The position numbers were made by a program, and so were the translations under genes. A stretch of DNA of 64,000 nucleotides from Marsupella aquatica (lineage: Eukaryota; Plantae; Marchantiophyta). Shown in pieces: positions 12,681 through 26,854 of this stretch (position 1 is the first letter of the stretch; the number at the start of each line of letters is the position of its first letter). The stretch spans positions 619,968 through 683,967 of the forward strand of contig OZ316894.1 in assembly GCA_973895155.1 (NCBI GenBank). Direction: 5' to 3'. The notes beneath the pieces are model-generated. The model was not told the origin of the DNA, did not search any database, and saw only the letters and a program-made list of their open reading frames with translations.

Positions 12681-15600
12681 TCACGACACCGGTGGTGGAT
12701 CCTCAATGGACGCCCCCAACGCTTCCCCCACAGCCATTGTCGTCGGTCCTTCCTCTGATAGATTACCTGCCCCGGACCGAGTCAACTCTTCATCGGCCTG
12801 ATTGGGTCCACCCTCGGCTTCGGCCTCAGCATCGGCCACCGTCTCCCCGGCATGATCTAGTGATGGATCTGGTACCCCGGCTTTATCACCAAATATCCTG
12901 GCCCCGGCTTCATCATCCCCGCTTTCTAGGGCAGTTGGATCCTCTGCCGTGACCCTGCCTGGTGTTGGATTTACCTCCTTGGTCACGCCGGTTTGAGAAG
13001 CCGTATTACTCCCTGACCCAAAAGGTTTTCGCTTCTTCTTCTTCTTTGGTTTGGCAGCTGGCCCCTTCCCCTTGCCACTTACCTCCGGCACCGGTGCGAG
13101 TGTCTCGGCTTCTCCTTTGGCCAGTACTACACCAGGTAACTTGGTTGCCCCAATTGGAGTTGGTCCTGAGGAAGCCAAGCACTTAAATACTGTGGCCTGT
13201 TTCTTCAGTCGCTCCGTTTGGTTGTCGGCTCGCCGCTATAAGTTCTCCATCTTCCTCGTGTTTTCCTCCAACTCTTCCTGCAATTCATCCAGGTCCTTCC
13301 TTGCCTCCCTCAGCTCCTTCTGGGCTTCTTCCAACTCTTTCTGGGCTTCCTCCAACTCTTTCTGTAAGGTAGCCCTCTCCTCCTGGGTTGCTCTTAGCTC
13401 CTTGTCGAGCTTCGTAACGACCTTAGACTCCATTTTATTCATCTTGGCATAAGTCTGGTCGAGCTGGTCGTCTTTCTTGCGGAGGTTGGCCTTGAAGCTG
13501 GCCGTCATGGATGCGAGCTCCTGCCGTAGCACGATAATCGCCTGATAGGATTTCCCTAACTCGGCCTCCTTCTGCTCAAGGGCTCCGCGTTTATCCTCGA
13601 GTTCCCCCTTCAACGCCCTCTCCCTTCTCTGAGTCTCCGCCATGGCCCGGTTGTTGGCTGCTATGTGGGCCTCCTCTATGTCTCTCAGCTCTCGCTTCCA
13701 CTTCTCCCTTTCTTTGACCGCCTCGGCCAACTCTCCTTGAGTTTGAGTCAGTTTATCCTTGATAATCTGATTATCAGACTGCGCGGTATCCAACTGCCCC
13801 TGCATGATGTTTAGCTCATGCCGTTTAATCCATAGCTCATCTTGGGCTTTCTTTGACGCCTTCAGGTCTTTTACCTTGGCTTCCCTCTCCCTAAGCCGAC
13901 GGATGACCTCGTCCTTCTTGCTTCTTTCCAAAGCCACCGCTTCTTCTAATCGGTGCTTCTCCAACATTTCCCTCCGGAAAAAAGGTCCCTGCTCAAATTC
14001 CTCCCCAAAGATGCCGAGCGCAAGTTCCCCACACATCTCCTCGTACTCCATGGCTTGTTCTTTAGCATAGGCGGAGTGAGCAGAAGTCATCAGCATCATC
14101 CATCGCGGCCTTTGTTCCCAGGCAGCCTTGCAAATTTCTTCTATCATGGCTGGCGGGCTGCTTCATTTTTCTCCAAGCCGTCGGATGTCCTCCGGCCATT
14201 CTCCTCCTGGCACGTCTCTCTCCCTAGCCAGGGCTGCCTTCTCTTCCTCTCTGAGTCGCTCCTGAAACTCTTGTGCCGTCTGCTTGATGCCGTCAAAACT
14301 TGGGGGAGCGATATCTGGTGGGGGAGACTCGGGGCTGCTCTGCTGGGTCAGGTCCCCTCGAACTACTCTTGGAAGAGTGGGGACGAACCTGCCACAGGTC
14401 CTTATTCCTGGAACATGATGGTCCGACCCGTAGCCGGAGTCATCATTGTCGTAGCCCTCTACCGCCTCCTCCTCGGCTTGGACTATTGGCTCCCCCCACT
14501 GCTGTCCTGGTCCTGCCGTGATCACCACCCCATAGATCCTGGGTTCTGGTTCCTCCGGTTTCCACGTTGATCTTATCTTCTCCCTATCATGACCAGGGGC
14601 TTCGGGCTACTTCTCCCCGGCTTCGGGACTTGAAGCTCCTACATACATTTGGACTCCCCGCTCGTGTTCCGGCCTCCTTCCCTCCTTGGCCCCTATAAAG
14701 GGGTTTTCCATGGTAAGTTGGCTAAGGCCGACTTCGGAAGCAATATTTGGTACTGGCCCCGTTGCCGTTGCCGTTCTCCTTTCCTTCTCCAGCAATTTCA
14801 GCAGATTCTGCATGCCTGGTTGCTGCATCGGCAAGTCCTCCTTCCTCGGCCTAAACACCTGCTCGATTGTAGGACTGTTGGGCTGGGTTGGTTTCTCTGT
14901 TGCCGGCCTCGGTTCTGGAACCTCCTCTGGTGCCCTTACTTGCAGGGGCAGTACCGGGGCAAATACCTGGCTTCGGGCATACCGGCACAACAGCGGCATG
15001 TGATAACCAAGCCGGGACACGCTTTCCATGCCGATCACCAGCTGTTCCTCCTTCAAGATCTTCTTCAGTTGGTTAAGGAGGTACCCGTTGTAGTCCCGGC
15101 TTGGGTCTGGCCTCTCTGCCAGGTAGACCTGTGCCTTGCCGATCTCTGCCCTTGGCAAGTTGCAATGCATGGTCACCCGCAAGAAATCAATCATTTCTCC
15201 GATGTGCGGGTTGGTGCAGGTGTTCCGGAATAAGCCATTCTTTGTTGATGGCCCTGGAAACGACTGGAACTCCTTGTCTGGCAAGGTCTTCCTGGTCTCT
15301 ACCTTGGTCTTATTGCCCATTGGCAAGCCAAACACTTCGGCAATCACCCGGGGAGTGAGATAGAAATCCTTCCCATACACCCTTGTGGAATTGGTCTCGG
15401 GCTCCCATGATCCCACGAATTCTAATAAGTCTGAATCCGGCATCTTTGGCTTCAGCCATTGTAATTTTACGAAGGCTTCCAAGCCGGATCCGGCCATGAA
15501 GTCCCGGTACTTCTTGGTCTGCATGGCCGTAAAGCATGCATCCTCCTCCCGTGCAAAATGCAGTTGCACCTCTTCTGGTAGGATCGCCGCCCAGCCTTTC

Positions 15601-16376
15601 CAGGTGTCATCCTTTGTTGAAATGGCATTGATGGGATTGACCTCCTTCTCTTCGGCTTCCGCCTGCCTCCTGCTTCCCTGCTCTACTGGCTTCCTTGGTG
15701 CCGTCGACCTCGTTCTTTTTGCCGGGGTGGCCTCTTCGTTGTTGTTTCCTTTCCTCTTCATCTCGGCTGCCATGGATGTCTCTCCTAGCATGGTTGCCTT
15801 TGTCCACTCCTCCGTGCTACCCTTCAACTTGCAGTGTATGTCGTTGCAGCGGTTGATGGCTTCCCGAATGCCGACGATTATGTTTTTGCAAAACAGAAGG
15901 TCGTCAAGCTGATTGGCAGTAGGAGTCCACAAGAACTCGGCCTTGATGAATTCTCCTCCTAAGAAGGCAGATTTCTGCAGCTCCCATAGTCGAGCTAGCT
16001 CCTGCTATTCTCGAGCTGCTCTCTCTGATTCTTCATCCTCGTAAGTCCCAATGTACTCAGCTGCCCTTTCAAACAGGCATCCCCAAAAATGTGCCGCTTG
16101 ATTGACGTTGCTCATACCCTCCTTGAGTCGTTCGTTGGTATCTGTTTCCGCCCAGAGTGTTTGTCTAAGCAGTTGGCAGTAGTTGGCCTCCCGTAGTCGT
16201 CTGCCCAGTTCGTGCTTGCAAATGAGCCACCATTCCTCGCGAGCTGTCCTTACCCCTCTCCTCCTCTGGTCTTCCCTATCGTTGGTTACCACTAGCCGCC
16301 GACACTTAGTGTGCCCTAACCCTAATTGTATTCTCTCCCCCGGCGTTCTTACTTCCGGCCTCGGCCCGGGTTCCAT
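12681..16376 (-). pseudogene. Family B ORF in B2, several stops
   Basis: ORF pieces 16005..16382, 14607..15932, 14163..14528, 13236..14147 and 12681..13178 are colinear with the B5 protein. Confidence 0.85.
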
Positions 16377-18879
16377 AGTCACCCTTAATTGTTTATATTT
16401 TCCTCATTCCTATAACTATACTAAGTTGTTTCTAGGGTAAACTTCCGTTTTCCCATTTAACCGGCCTAGTGATTCCTGGTTAGGCATCACAATGGAACCC
16501 GAGCCGAGGCTGGAAGTAAGGACGTCGGGGGAGGGAACACGATTAGGGTTAGGGCGCACTAAATGTCAGCGGCTAGGGGTAACCAATGGGAGGGAAGACC
16601 AGGGAAGGAGGGGGGTAAGGACCGATTGCAAAGAATGATGGCTCATTTGCAAGCACGAACTAAGGAGACGGCTACGTGAAGCCAACTACTGTCAGCTGCT
16701 TAGCCAAGCACTCTGGGCGGGAGCAGATACCGACAATCAACTCAAGGAGGGTATGAGCAACGTCAATCAAGCGGCACATTTTTGGGGATGCCTATTTGAA
16801 CGGGCAATTGAGTACATTGGGACCTATGAAGATGAAGAATCAGAGAGAGTAGCTCAAGAATGGCATGAGCTCGCTTGACTGTGGGAGCTACAGAAGTCTG
16901 CCTTCTTAGAAGGAGAACTCATCAAGGGTGAATTCCTGTGGATACCTACTGGCTACGAGCTGGACAACATTCTATTTTGTGAAAACAGAATCGTCGGCAT
17001 CCGGGAAGCCATCAACCGCTGCAACGACATACATTGGGAGTTGAAGGGTAGCACGGAGGGGTGGACAAAGGCAACCGTGCTAGGAGAAACATCCACGGCA
17101 GCCGCTATGAAGAGGAAAGGGAACAACAACAAAGAGGCCACCCCTGCAAAAAGAACGAGGTCGGCGGCACCAAGGAAGCCAGTTGAGCAAAAGAGCAGGA
17201 GGCAGGCAGAAGTAGAGGAGGAGGAGGTCGAACCCATCAAGGCCGTTCCAACAAGAGATGACACCTGGAAAGGCTGGGCCGCAATCCTCCCCGAGGAGGT
17301 GCAATTACACTTTGCACGTGAAGAGGATGCATGCTTTACGGCTATGCAGACTCGGAAATACCAGGGCTTCATGGCCGGATCCGCCTTGGAAGCCTTCATG
17401 AAATTACCATGGTTGAAACCGGAGGTGCCGGATTCAGACTTATTAGAATTTGTGGGATCATGGGATCCCGAGACAAATTCCACAAGGGTGTATGGGAAGG
17501 AGTTCTATCTCACTCCCCGGGTGATTGCCGAAGCGTTTGGCTTGCCGATGGGCAATAAGACCAAAGTAGATACCAAGAAGACCTTGCCTAACAAGGAGTT
17601 TTGATCGTTTCCAAGGCCATCAACAAAAAATGGCTTCTTCCGAAACACCTGCACCAACCCGCACATTGGAGAGATGATCGATTTCTTGCGGGTGACCATG
17701 CATTGCAACTTGCCGAGGCCAGAGATCGGCAAGGCACAGGTTTACCTGGCGGAGAGGCCAGACCCCAGCCGGGAGTACAATGGATACCTCCTCACCCAAT
17801 TGAAGAAAATCTTGAAGGAGGAACAACAAGTGATTAGCAAGGGAAGTGTGTTCCGGCTTGGCTATCACATGCCGGTATGCCCAAAGTCCGATCTTTGCCC
17901 CGGTACTTCCCCTACAGGCAAGGGCACCAGAGCAGGTTCCGGAACAGGGGCCGGCAGCAGAGAAACCCAACCAGCCCGACAGTCCTACGATCGAACAGGT
18001 GTTTAGGCCAAGAAAAGAAGACTTGCCGATGCAGCAACCAGGCCTGCAAAATCTGCTGAAATTGCTGGAGAAGGAGAAGAGGACGGCACTGGCAACGGAA
18101 CCAGCAACGCCACCGATTAAGGACACTGCCCCATAAGTCGACATAAGCCAACTCATGAGGGAAAACCCCTTTATCGGAGCCAAGGAGAGAAGAAGGCCGG
18201 AACATGAGTCGGGAGTCCGAATGTATGTAGGAGCCTCGAGTCCCGAAGCCGAGGGAAAGCAGCTCAAAGCTCCTGGTCGCAACCGGGAGAAGAAGAGATC
18301 AGTCGGGAAGCCGGAGGAGGAACCAGTACCCGTGAGCTGTGAGGCCGTGTTCACGGCAAGACTAGGGGAGTAGCGGGAGGAGCCGGTAGTCCAAGCAGTG
18401 GAGGAGGCGGTGGAGGACTACGGCAATGATAACTCCGGCTACGGATTGGACCATCATGTTCCAAGAGTAAGGACCTGTGGCCGGTTCATTCCCACTCTTC
18501 CAAGAGTAGTTCGAGGGGACCCCACCTAGCAGAGCAGTCCCGAGTCTCCCCCATCAGATGTCGCTCCCCCGAGCTTTGACGGCATAAAATAGACGGCACA
18601 AGAGTTTCAGGAGCGACTCAGGGGGGAAGAGAAGGCAGCCCTGGCTAGGGAGAAAGATTTACCAGGGGGAGAATGGCCGGAGCACATCAGGTGGCTTGCA
18701 GAAGAACGAAGCAGCCCTCCAGCCACGATAGAAGAAATCCGCAAGGCGGCTTGGGAACAAAGGCCGCGATGGTTGATGTCGATGACTTCTACTCACTCCG
18801 CCTATGCTAAAGAAAGAGCCATGGAGTATGGGGAGATGTGTGGGGAACTTGCGCTCAACATCTTTGGGGAGAAGTTGGA

Positions 18880-21800
18880 TGTGGTGCGTCCCATGGCTCC
18901 CTAAACCCAAGAAACCCCCCAGCTCAAGCCGATTCCCGCAGGTTTCGCGTTTGGCGAGGCCGTTTCCGCGGCTTAGCGGCATGGGACGCTGCTAACCTTC
19001 TACTACTACTATTAACATTTTACACACATATACTGGACAGATCTTTCATTGGGTCATGAGATACGTAGCCGGCCTAATCTAGGCCTTCCCTCGTCTTCCC
19101 CTCCGTCTTGTTAGGTATGTTTGGATTCCGCCGCCGGAATGATCCCCAATAGGCTTGGTTAAGCCGCTAAGACCTCTCTCAGCTCGACACATCCAACTCT
19201 CACTCCCCTGCTTACTTTCCTTCCTTCTAGTTGATGTGGGCACTCTTCACACAAGTTAATGCGACACACAAATAGCAAAATGACTCCTTCCGACTGAGTC
19301 ATACCATGCACTTGCCATACAAACAGTACATCTCATACACAAGCTCTACGAACTAAGCCGTGAGGCCAACTCTATTCAGCTCTTAGGCATGAGGAAACAT
19401 GAATATACACAAGGGTCACTGTATGACTAACCGAGAGCTTCTCTTACTACTTGATCCCAGCCCGGCTGGTGCAAACTAAAAACTTGCTAAAGAAGAGGCC
19501 CTGAGCTCCCCGCTGCCCAGGTACTTATCCTGGTAGTGGATCCGCCTAATTCCTTGCAGTGTAAGCCTAAACTACCTAACAGTAATCTACTTGCCCGGAT
19601 CTACCTATGTACAGCAAGGCAGGAGCACAAGTGTTGCTCCTACCAGTGGAACCGCAATCCCACTAAGCTAAGTGGCAGGGCCGCCTCCTGGTCCTGATCC
19701 TAATCCTAAACTTGGAGATCAGCGCCCGCCCTGCCCACTCACGCCTCCTCCCTCCACGTCCGCCCTTCCTAAAAGGAACGGCGCCCTTGCACCGTCACGA
19801 CACCGGTGGTGGATCCTCAATGGACGCCCCCAACGCTTCCTCCTCAGCCACTGCCGTAGGTTTGTTTTCTAACAGATTACCTGCCCTTGACTGAGTCAAC
19901 TCTCCATCGGCCTGACTGGGTCCACCATCGGCGTCGGCATCGGCTCGGGAATCATTATCGGCTACGGCCTCAGCCTCGGCTACGGTCTCCCCGGCCTGCT
20001 CAAGAGGCGGATCTGGGATACCGGCCTCATTACTGAGTAGTTCGGCTTGGGCCGCACCATCCCCACCTTTGATGATAGCGGGATCTATTGCCGTGTTCAT
20101 GCCGGAGGTTGGTGCTGGGTCTACCTCCTTGGTCACCACGGCCTGTGGAGTCGGATTACTCCTTGACCCTGAAGGTTTCTGCTTCTTCTTCTTTTCTGGT
20201 TTGGCAGCTGGTCCCTTTCCCTTCCCACTTACTTCCGGCACTGGTGCAGGTGGCGCGGCTTTTTCTTCGGCCAGTACCACTCTTGGTAACTTGGTTGCCC
20301 CAATTGGAGTTGGGCCTGATGAAGACAAGCACCTAAATACTGCGGCTTGTTTCTTCAGCTGCTCTGTTTGGTTGTCGGCCCGCCGCTGGAGGTTCTCCAT
20401 CTTCCTCGTGATTTCCTCCAACTCCTCCTGGGTCTCATCCAGGTCCTTGCGCGCCTCCTCTAGTTCCTTCTGGGCTTCCTCCCGTTCTTTCTTCAAGGTA
20501 GCCCTCTCCTCCCGGGTTGCTCTTACCTCCTTGTCGAGCTCTGCAATGATGACAGACTCCATCTGGTTCATCTTGGCGTAAGTCTGATCGAGCATCTCGT
20601 CCTTCTCCCTTAGGTCGGCCTTGAAGCTGGCCGTCAGGGACGCAAGCTCCTGCTGCAGCGCCATAATCCCTTGATAGGATTTTCCTAACTCGGCCTCCTT
20701 CTGCTCAAGGGCTCCGCGGATTTTCTTGAGCTCCCCTTCAACGCCCATTCCTTTCTTTGGGTCTCCGCCATGGCCCGGCTGTTGGCTGTTATGTGGGCCT
20801 CCTCTGCATTCCTCAGCTCTTGCTTCCACTTCTCCCTCTCTTTGATCGTATCGGCCAACTCTCCCTGCGTCTGAGTCAGTTTATCCTTGATATTCTGATT
20901 ATCAGCCTGCGCGGTGTCCAACTACCCCTGCATGATGTTCAACTCATGCCGTTTAATCTGCAGTTCATCTTGGGCTTTCTTGGCCGCCCTTAGATCTTCA
21001 ATCTCGGCTTCCATCCTCCTAAGCCGCCGAATGACCTTGTCCTTCTTGCTTCTCTCTAAAGCCACCGCTTCTTCTAATTGGTTCTTCTCCAACTGCTCGC
21101 TATGGAAAAAGGGTCCTACCTCCAACTCCTCTCCAAAGATGCCGAGCGCAAGTTCCCCACACATCTCACCATACTCCATGGCTCTATTCTTAGCGTAGGT
21201 GGAGTAAGTAGAAGTGATCGGCATCGCCCATCGCGGCCTCTGCTCCCAAACCGTCTTGCGGATCTCTTCAATCATGGCTAGAGGTTTGCTTCCTTTTTTG
21301 GCTAGCCGCCTGATGTCCTCCGGCCAATCTCCTCCTGGCAAATCCTTTTCCCTGGCCAGGGCTGCCTTCTCTTCCTGCCTGATTCGCTCCTGAAATTCCT
21401 GCGCCGTCTGTTTTATGTTGTCGAAGCTCGGGGGAGCAACATCTGGTGGGGGAGACTCAGGGCTACTCTGCTGGTTGGGGTCCCCTCGTACTACCCTTGG
21501 AAGTGTGGGGATAAATCGGCCACAGGTCCTTACTCCTGGAACGTGATGGTCCGACCCATAGCCGGAGTTATCATGGCTGAAGTCCTCCACTGCCTCCTCT
21601 ACTTCTTGGACGTCCGGCTTCTCCCTCTCCTCTTTGTCGGTAGGAGCTTCAGGCAATTCTGCCTCAGATTCAGAGCTTGAGACTCCCACATACATTCGAA
21701 CACCTGGCTTGGGTTCCGGCCTGATTCTCTCCTTGTCTCCAGCAAAGGGGTTTTCTCTTGTGAGCCGGTGTAGGCCTACCTCTGGAGTAGTGTCCTGCAT

Positions 21801-23550
21801 TGTTGCCGTTGCCATTGTCGTTGCCGATGCCGATCTCTTTTCTTTCTCCAGTAGTTTCAGCAGACTCTGCATGCCTGGTTGCTGCATCGGCAAGTCCTCC
21901 TTCCTTGGCCTAAACACCTGCTCGATCGTAGGGCTAACAGGTGGTTGAGGCTTCTCTGCTACCGGCCTCGGTGCTGGAGCTTCCTCGGGTGCCCTTACCT
22001 GCAGGGGAAGTACTGGGGCAAAAGTCTGACCTCTGGCATACCGGCACAACAGCGGCATGTGATAGCCAAGCCGCGACACGCTCCCCATGCCGATTACCTG
22101 CTGCTCCTCCTTTAAGATCTTCTTCAATTGGTTGAGGAGGTACCCGTTGTAGTCCCGGCTTGGGTCTGGCCTCTCTGCCAGATAGACCTGTGCCTTGCCG
22201 ATCTCTGCCCTTGGCAAGTTACAATGCATGGTCACCCTCAAGAAGTCGATCATCTCTCCTATGTGCGGGTTGGTGCAGGTGTTCCGGAAGAAGCCATTCT
22301 TCGTTGATGGCCCGGGGAACGACCGGAACTCCTTGTCAGGCAAGGTCTTCCTGGTCTCAACTTTGGTCTTATTGCCTATCGGCAAGCCAAACACCTCGGC
22401 AATCACCTTGGGAGTAAGATAGAAATCCTTCCCATATATCCTCGTGCAATTGGTCTCGGGTTCCCATGACCCCACGAATTCTAATAGGTCTGAATCCGGC
22501 ACCTCCGGCTTCAGCCATGGTAATCTTACAAAGGCCTCTAAGCCGGATCCGGCCATGAAGCCTTGGTACTTCTTGGTCTGCATGGCCGTAAAGCATGCAT
22601 CCTCCTCCCGTGCAAAATGTAGTTGCACCTCCACCGGTAGGGTTGCCGCCCAGCCCTTCCAGGTGTCATCCCTGGTTGGAATGGCCTTGATGGGATCAAC
22701 CTCCTCCTCTTTGGCTTCTCCCTGCCTCCTGCTCTGCTGCTCGGCTGGCTTCTTTGGTGCTGCCGACCTCGTTCTTTTTGCCGGGGTGGCTTCATCGTTG
22801 ACGGCTCCCTTCCTCTTCATCTCTGCTGCCGTGGAGGTTTCTCCTAGCACCGTTGCCTGGGTCCACCTTTCCGTGCTACCCTTCAATTCCCAGTGTATGT
22901 CGTTGCAGTTCTTGATGGCCTCTCGGATGCCGACGACGCTGTCTTTGCAAAACAAAAGATCGTCGAGCTGATTGGAAGTAGGAGTCCACAAGAACTCGTC
23001 CTTGATGAGTTCGCCTCCTAAGAAAGCCGTCTTCTGCAGCTCCCACAATCGAGCGAGCTCCTGCCGTTCTCAAGCTGCCCTTTCTAATTCCTCGTCCTCG
23101 TAAGTCTTTATGTACTCAGTTGCCCGTTCGAACAGGCATCCCCAGAAATGTGCCGCTTGATTGACGTTGCTCATACCCTCCTTAGGTCGCTCGTCGGTAT
23201 CTACTCTCTCCCCGAGTGCTTGCCTAAGCAGCTGACAGTAGTTGGCCTCCCGTAGTCGTCTGCCTAGTTCGTGCTCGCAAATGAGCCACCATCTCCTGCA
23301 AGCGCTCCTTACCCCTCTCCTCTTCCGGTTCTTCCTCCCGTTGATCCTTCCTAGCCGCCGACGCTTAACGCGCCCTAACCCTAATCGAGTTTCCACCCCC
23401 AACGTCCTTACCTCCGGCCTCGGCCCGGGTTCCATGGTCGCCCCTAATTGTTTATATTTTCCTTGTTTTGTCCCTATACTAAGGTGTTTCTAGGGTGCCT
23501 TCCTGCTTTACCCACTTAACTGGCCGAGTGATTCCTGTCTAGGCATCACA
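18880..23550 (-). mobile_element. Family B copy B4 (4671 bp), nested in B1
   Basis: Same termini as other B copies; exact TSD TTGGA at 18875-18879 and 23551-23555. Confidence 0.95.
19795..23435 (-). pseudogene. Family B ORF in B4
   Basis: ORFs 23070..23435, 20922..23048, 20685..20921 and 19795..20829 closely match the B3 protein. Confidence 0.85.
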
Positions 23551-26500
23551 TTGGAGCAGGGACCTTTTTTCCAAAGGGAGATGTTGGAAAAACGCTGATT
23601 AGAAGAAGCGGTGGCTTTGGAGAGAAGCAAGAAGGACGAGGTCATCCGACGGCTTAGGGAGAAGGTAGCCAAGGAAGACCAGAGGGCGGCCAAGAAAGCC
23701 CAAGATGAGCTGCAAATTAAGCGGCATGAGCTAAACATCATGCAGGGGCAATTGGATACCGCGCAGTCTGATAATCAGATTATCAAGGATAAACTGACTC
23801 AGACCCAAGGAGTGTTGGCCGATGCGATCAAGGACAGGGAGAAGTGGAAGCAGGAGCTGAGGGATGCAGAGGAGGCCCACATAGCCGCCAACAACCGGGC
23901 CATGGCGGAAACCCATAGAAGGGAGAGGGCGTTGAAGGGGGAGCTCAAGGATATCTGCGGAGGCCTTGAGCAGAAGGAGGTCGAGTTAGGGAAATCCTAT
24001 CAGGCGATTATTGTGCTACAGCAGGAGCTTGCATCCCTGACGGGCAGCTTCAAGGCCGACCTGCGTGAGAAAGATGACCAACTCGACCAGACTTATGCCA
24101 AGATAAATAAGATGGAGTTTGAGGTCGTAATAGAGCTCGACAAGGAGCTAAGGGCAATCTAGGAGGAGAGGGCTACCTTAAAAAAGGAACTGGAGGAATC
24201 CCAGAAAGAGCTAGAGGAAGCCCAGAAGGAGCTGGAGGAGGCGCGCAAGGACCTGGACGAATTGCAGGAGGAGTTGGAGGAAAGCACGTGGAAGATGGAG
24301 AACTTACAGCGGCAAGCCGACAACCAAACGAAGCGGCTGAAGAAACAGGCCGCAATATTTAAGTGCTTGGCTTCCTCAGGTCCAACTCCAATTGGGGCAA
24401 CCAAGTTTCCAGGAGTAGTACTGGCCAAAGGACAAGCCGAGACACTCACACCAGTGCCGTAGGTAAGTGGCAAAGGGAAGGGACCAACTGCCGAAATAGG
24501 GAAGAAGAAGAAGCGGAAACCTTATGGGTCAGGGAGTAACACGGCTTCTCAGGCCGGCGTGACTAAGGAGGTAAACCCGGCACCAACCTCAGGCAGGGTC
24601 ACGGCAGATCCAACTGTCCTACAAGGCGGGGATGGCAAGGGCAAAGCCGAAATGCTCAGTGATGAGGCCGGTGTACTGAATCCACCACTAGAGCAGGCCG
24701 GGGAAGCCGTAGCCATACCAGAAGCCATGGCCGATGCTAAGGCCGAAGCCGAGGGTGGACCAAGTCAGGCCGATGGAGAGTTGACTTGGTCCGAAGTAGG
24801 TAATCTGTCAGAGGTCGGGCCTACGGTAGTGGCTGCAGAGGAAGTGTTGGGGGCGTCCATTGAGGATCAGCCACCGCTACCATGACGGTGGTGGGGGGCC
24901 GCTCCTTTTAAGGAGGGTGGACGTGGAGGGAGGAGGCGTGAGTGGGCAGGGCGGGCTTAGATCTCCAAGTTTAGAATTAGGATCAGGAGCGGGAGGCGGC
25001 CCTGACACTTAGATTAGTGGGATTGCGGATCCACTGGTAAGAGCAACACTTGTGCTCCTGCCTCGCCGTACATAGGTAGATTACAGTTAGGATAGATTGG
25101 GCTTACGCTACAAGGAATTGGGCGGATCCACTGCCAGGATAAGTACATGTGCAGCGGGGAGTCCAGGGCCTTCTTCCTTAGCAAGTTTTTAGTGCACCAG
25201 CAGGGCTGGGATCAAGTAGTAAAAGAAGCCCTCGGTTAGTTATACTGTGACCTTGTGTATATTCATGTTTCCTCATGCCTAAGAGATGAATAGAGTTGGC
25301 CTCACAGCTTAGTTTGCAGATCTTGTGTATGACAAGTACTATTTGTATGGCAAGTGCATGGTATAACTCAGTCAGAAGGAGTCATTTTGCTATTTGTGTG
25401 TCGCATTAACTTGTTTGAAGAGTGCCCACATCAACCAAGAGAAGGAAGTAAGCAGGGTAGTAAGAGTTGTATGTGTCGAGCTGAGAGAGGTCTTAGCGGC
25501 TTACCCAAGCCAGATGGGGATCATTCCGGTGGCGGAATCCAAATATACCTAAAGTAGAGAGGAAGACAAGGGAAGGCCTAGATTAGGCCGGCTACGTATC
25601 TCATGACCCGATGAAGGATCTGTCCAATATATGTGTGTAAAATGTTAATAGTAGTAAAGAGCAAGTTAGCAGCGTCCCATGCCGCTAAGCCGCGGAACCG
25701 GCCTCGCCGTGAGCTATACCTGCGGGAATCGGCTTGCGCACGGGGGGTTTCTTGGGTTTAGGGAGCCATGGGACACACCACAGAGATACTCACTTGGATT
25801 GAGCAATTGGAAGGCTCTGGAATCCTTGAGGGTTGTGTCTACCACATCCTCAATGGAGGAGAGGTCTATCTCCTCTGTTGGCTGAACGACCAAAGACACA
25901 TGAATAGGTCTAGATGGATCCATCTTGTGACACGTGGCCGTATGGACACATGGAGGATCACAGAGCGTTAGATCTAGGGCAATTAACGTGGCGGCTAGGG
26001 CAGAAACTCTAGTGTGAAGGCGGAGGTGGAGTGGGGCCTAGGGAGACTGGAAGCGAATGAGGCGGAGGATCGGAGGAGCAAAGAGCGGAGGAGCGGAGGA
26101 GCGGAGGGGCAGGAGCGGAGGAGCAGAGAAGAGGAGGAGGGAAGAAGAATGAGGCCCAAGTGGGACCTCTTGCCTCCTTTACCCCCCTCCAAGGCGAGGC
26201 AAGGCCGACTCAACACGTGGGAGGCCGAGGTGCGAGGCGGGGCAAGACAGCCGTGCAAGGCAAACCCTAAACACAAGGCTGCGTAAATTGTGCCGCTTGA
26301 CTTGGTTGTGTGGTGTGGGTGACCTAATCCACTCGACCCTAAACTCCGCCGCTACTTAAGGCTAATCACGCATCGCCTTATCCATAAGAGCGATCATGAA
26401 CAAATGGTATAAGATACTTGGGCTGGTCCGGCTGGTCCTCATTTGGTATTTTCATTTCTAGATTTTCATTCAGTCTCTCAACCAGGTCCGTTCATTATGG

Positions 26501-26854
26501 AGCCCCATTGAGCCACTCTTGTTTTCTAGACAAAACATCTAGTTTTAATTTCTTCCACACCCCTGAAGCATTTAGTTTACCAGCTTACTGATAACTACCC
26601 CTTCAACAAAGTATTTGATTACTTGGTTTGACAACATAAACTAAGTGAGTTTTGTGTTCAAGAATCATTTTCATTACAAGTAACTTTCAACTTAATTACA
26701 GAATATTCCATTGGTATCAAATTTAGGAATTGTATATCTAAGTTACTTAAGGTTGGGGTATCCAGCCCAACTCACGATTGGGATCATCTCAATCCAACCT
26801 TTCTTTGGTCAAACATTAAATTAGTGTGTAGAGGTTAACTGTCCGTACAAGGGT

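Larger units (their letters stand above)
7115..16491 (-). mobile_element. Family B copy B2 (~4.71 kb net), inserted at the start codon of the B1 ORF
   Basis: TGTGGTGC...GCATCACA termini; exact TSD ATGGA at 7110-7114 and 16492-16496. Confidence 0.93.
16492..24885 (+). pseudogene. Family B ORF in B1, heavily decayed and split by B4
   Basis: Fragments 17041..17604, 17674..18136, 23611..24162 and 24262..24885 are homologous to the B5 protein; many stops. Confidence 0.8.
6991..25782 (+). mobile_element. Family B copy B1 (outermost; ~4.73 kb net of nested B2/B3/B4)
   Basis: Starts TGTGATGCCTAG and ends GGGACACACCACA. Segments 6991-7114, 16497-18879 and 23556-25782 join colinearly with other B copies. 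Flanks GAGCTA/GAGATA are only an imperfect duplication. Confidence 0.85.

Noticed and set aside
25783-26290. ORFs 25768..25971, 26014..26286 and 25995..26276 as genes; gypsy 3' LTR
   Set aside because: Low-complexity purine-rich sequence. It may be the tail of the gypsy element, but no PPT/LTR boundary could be fixed.
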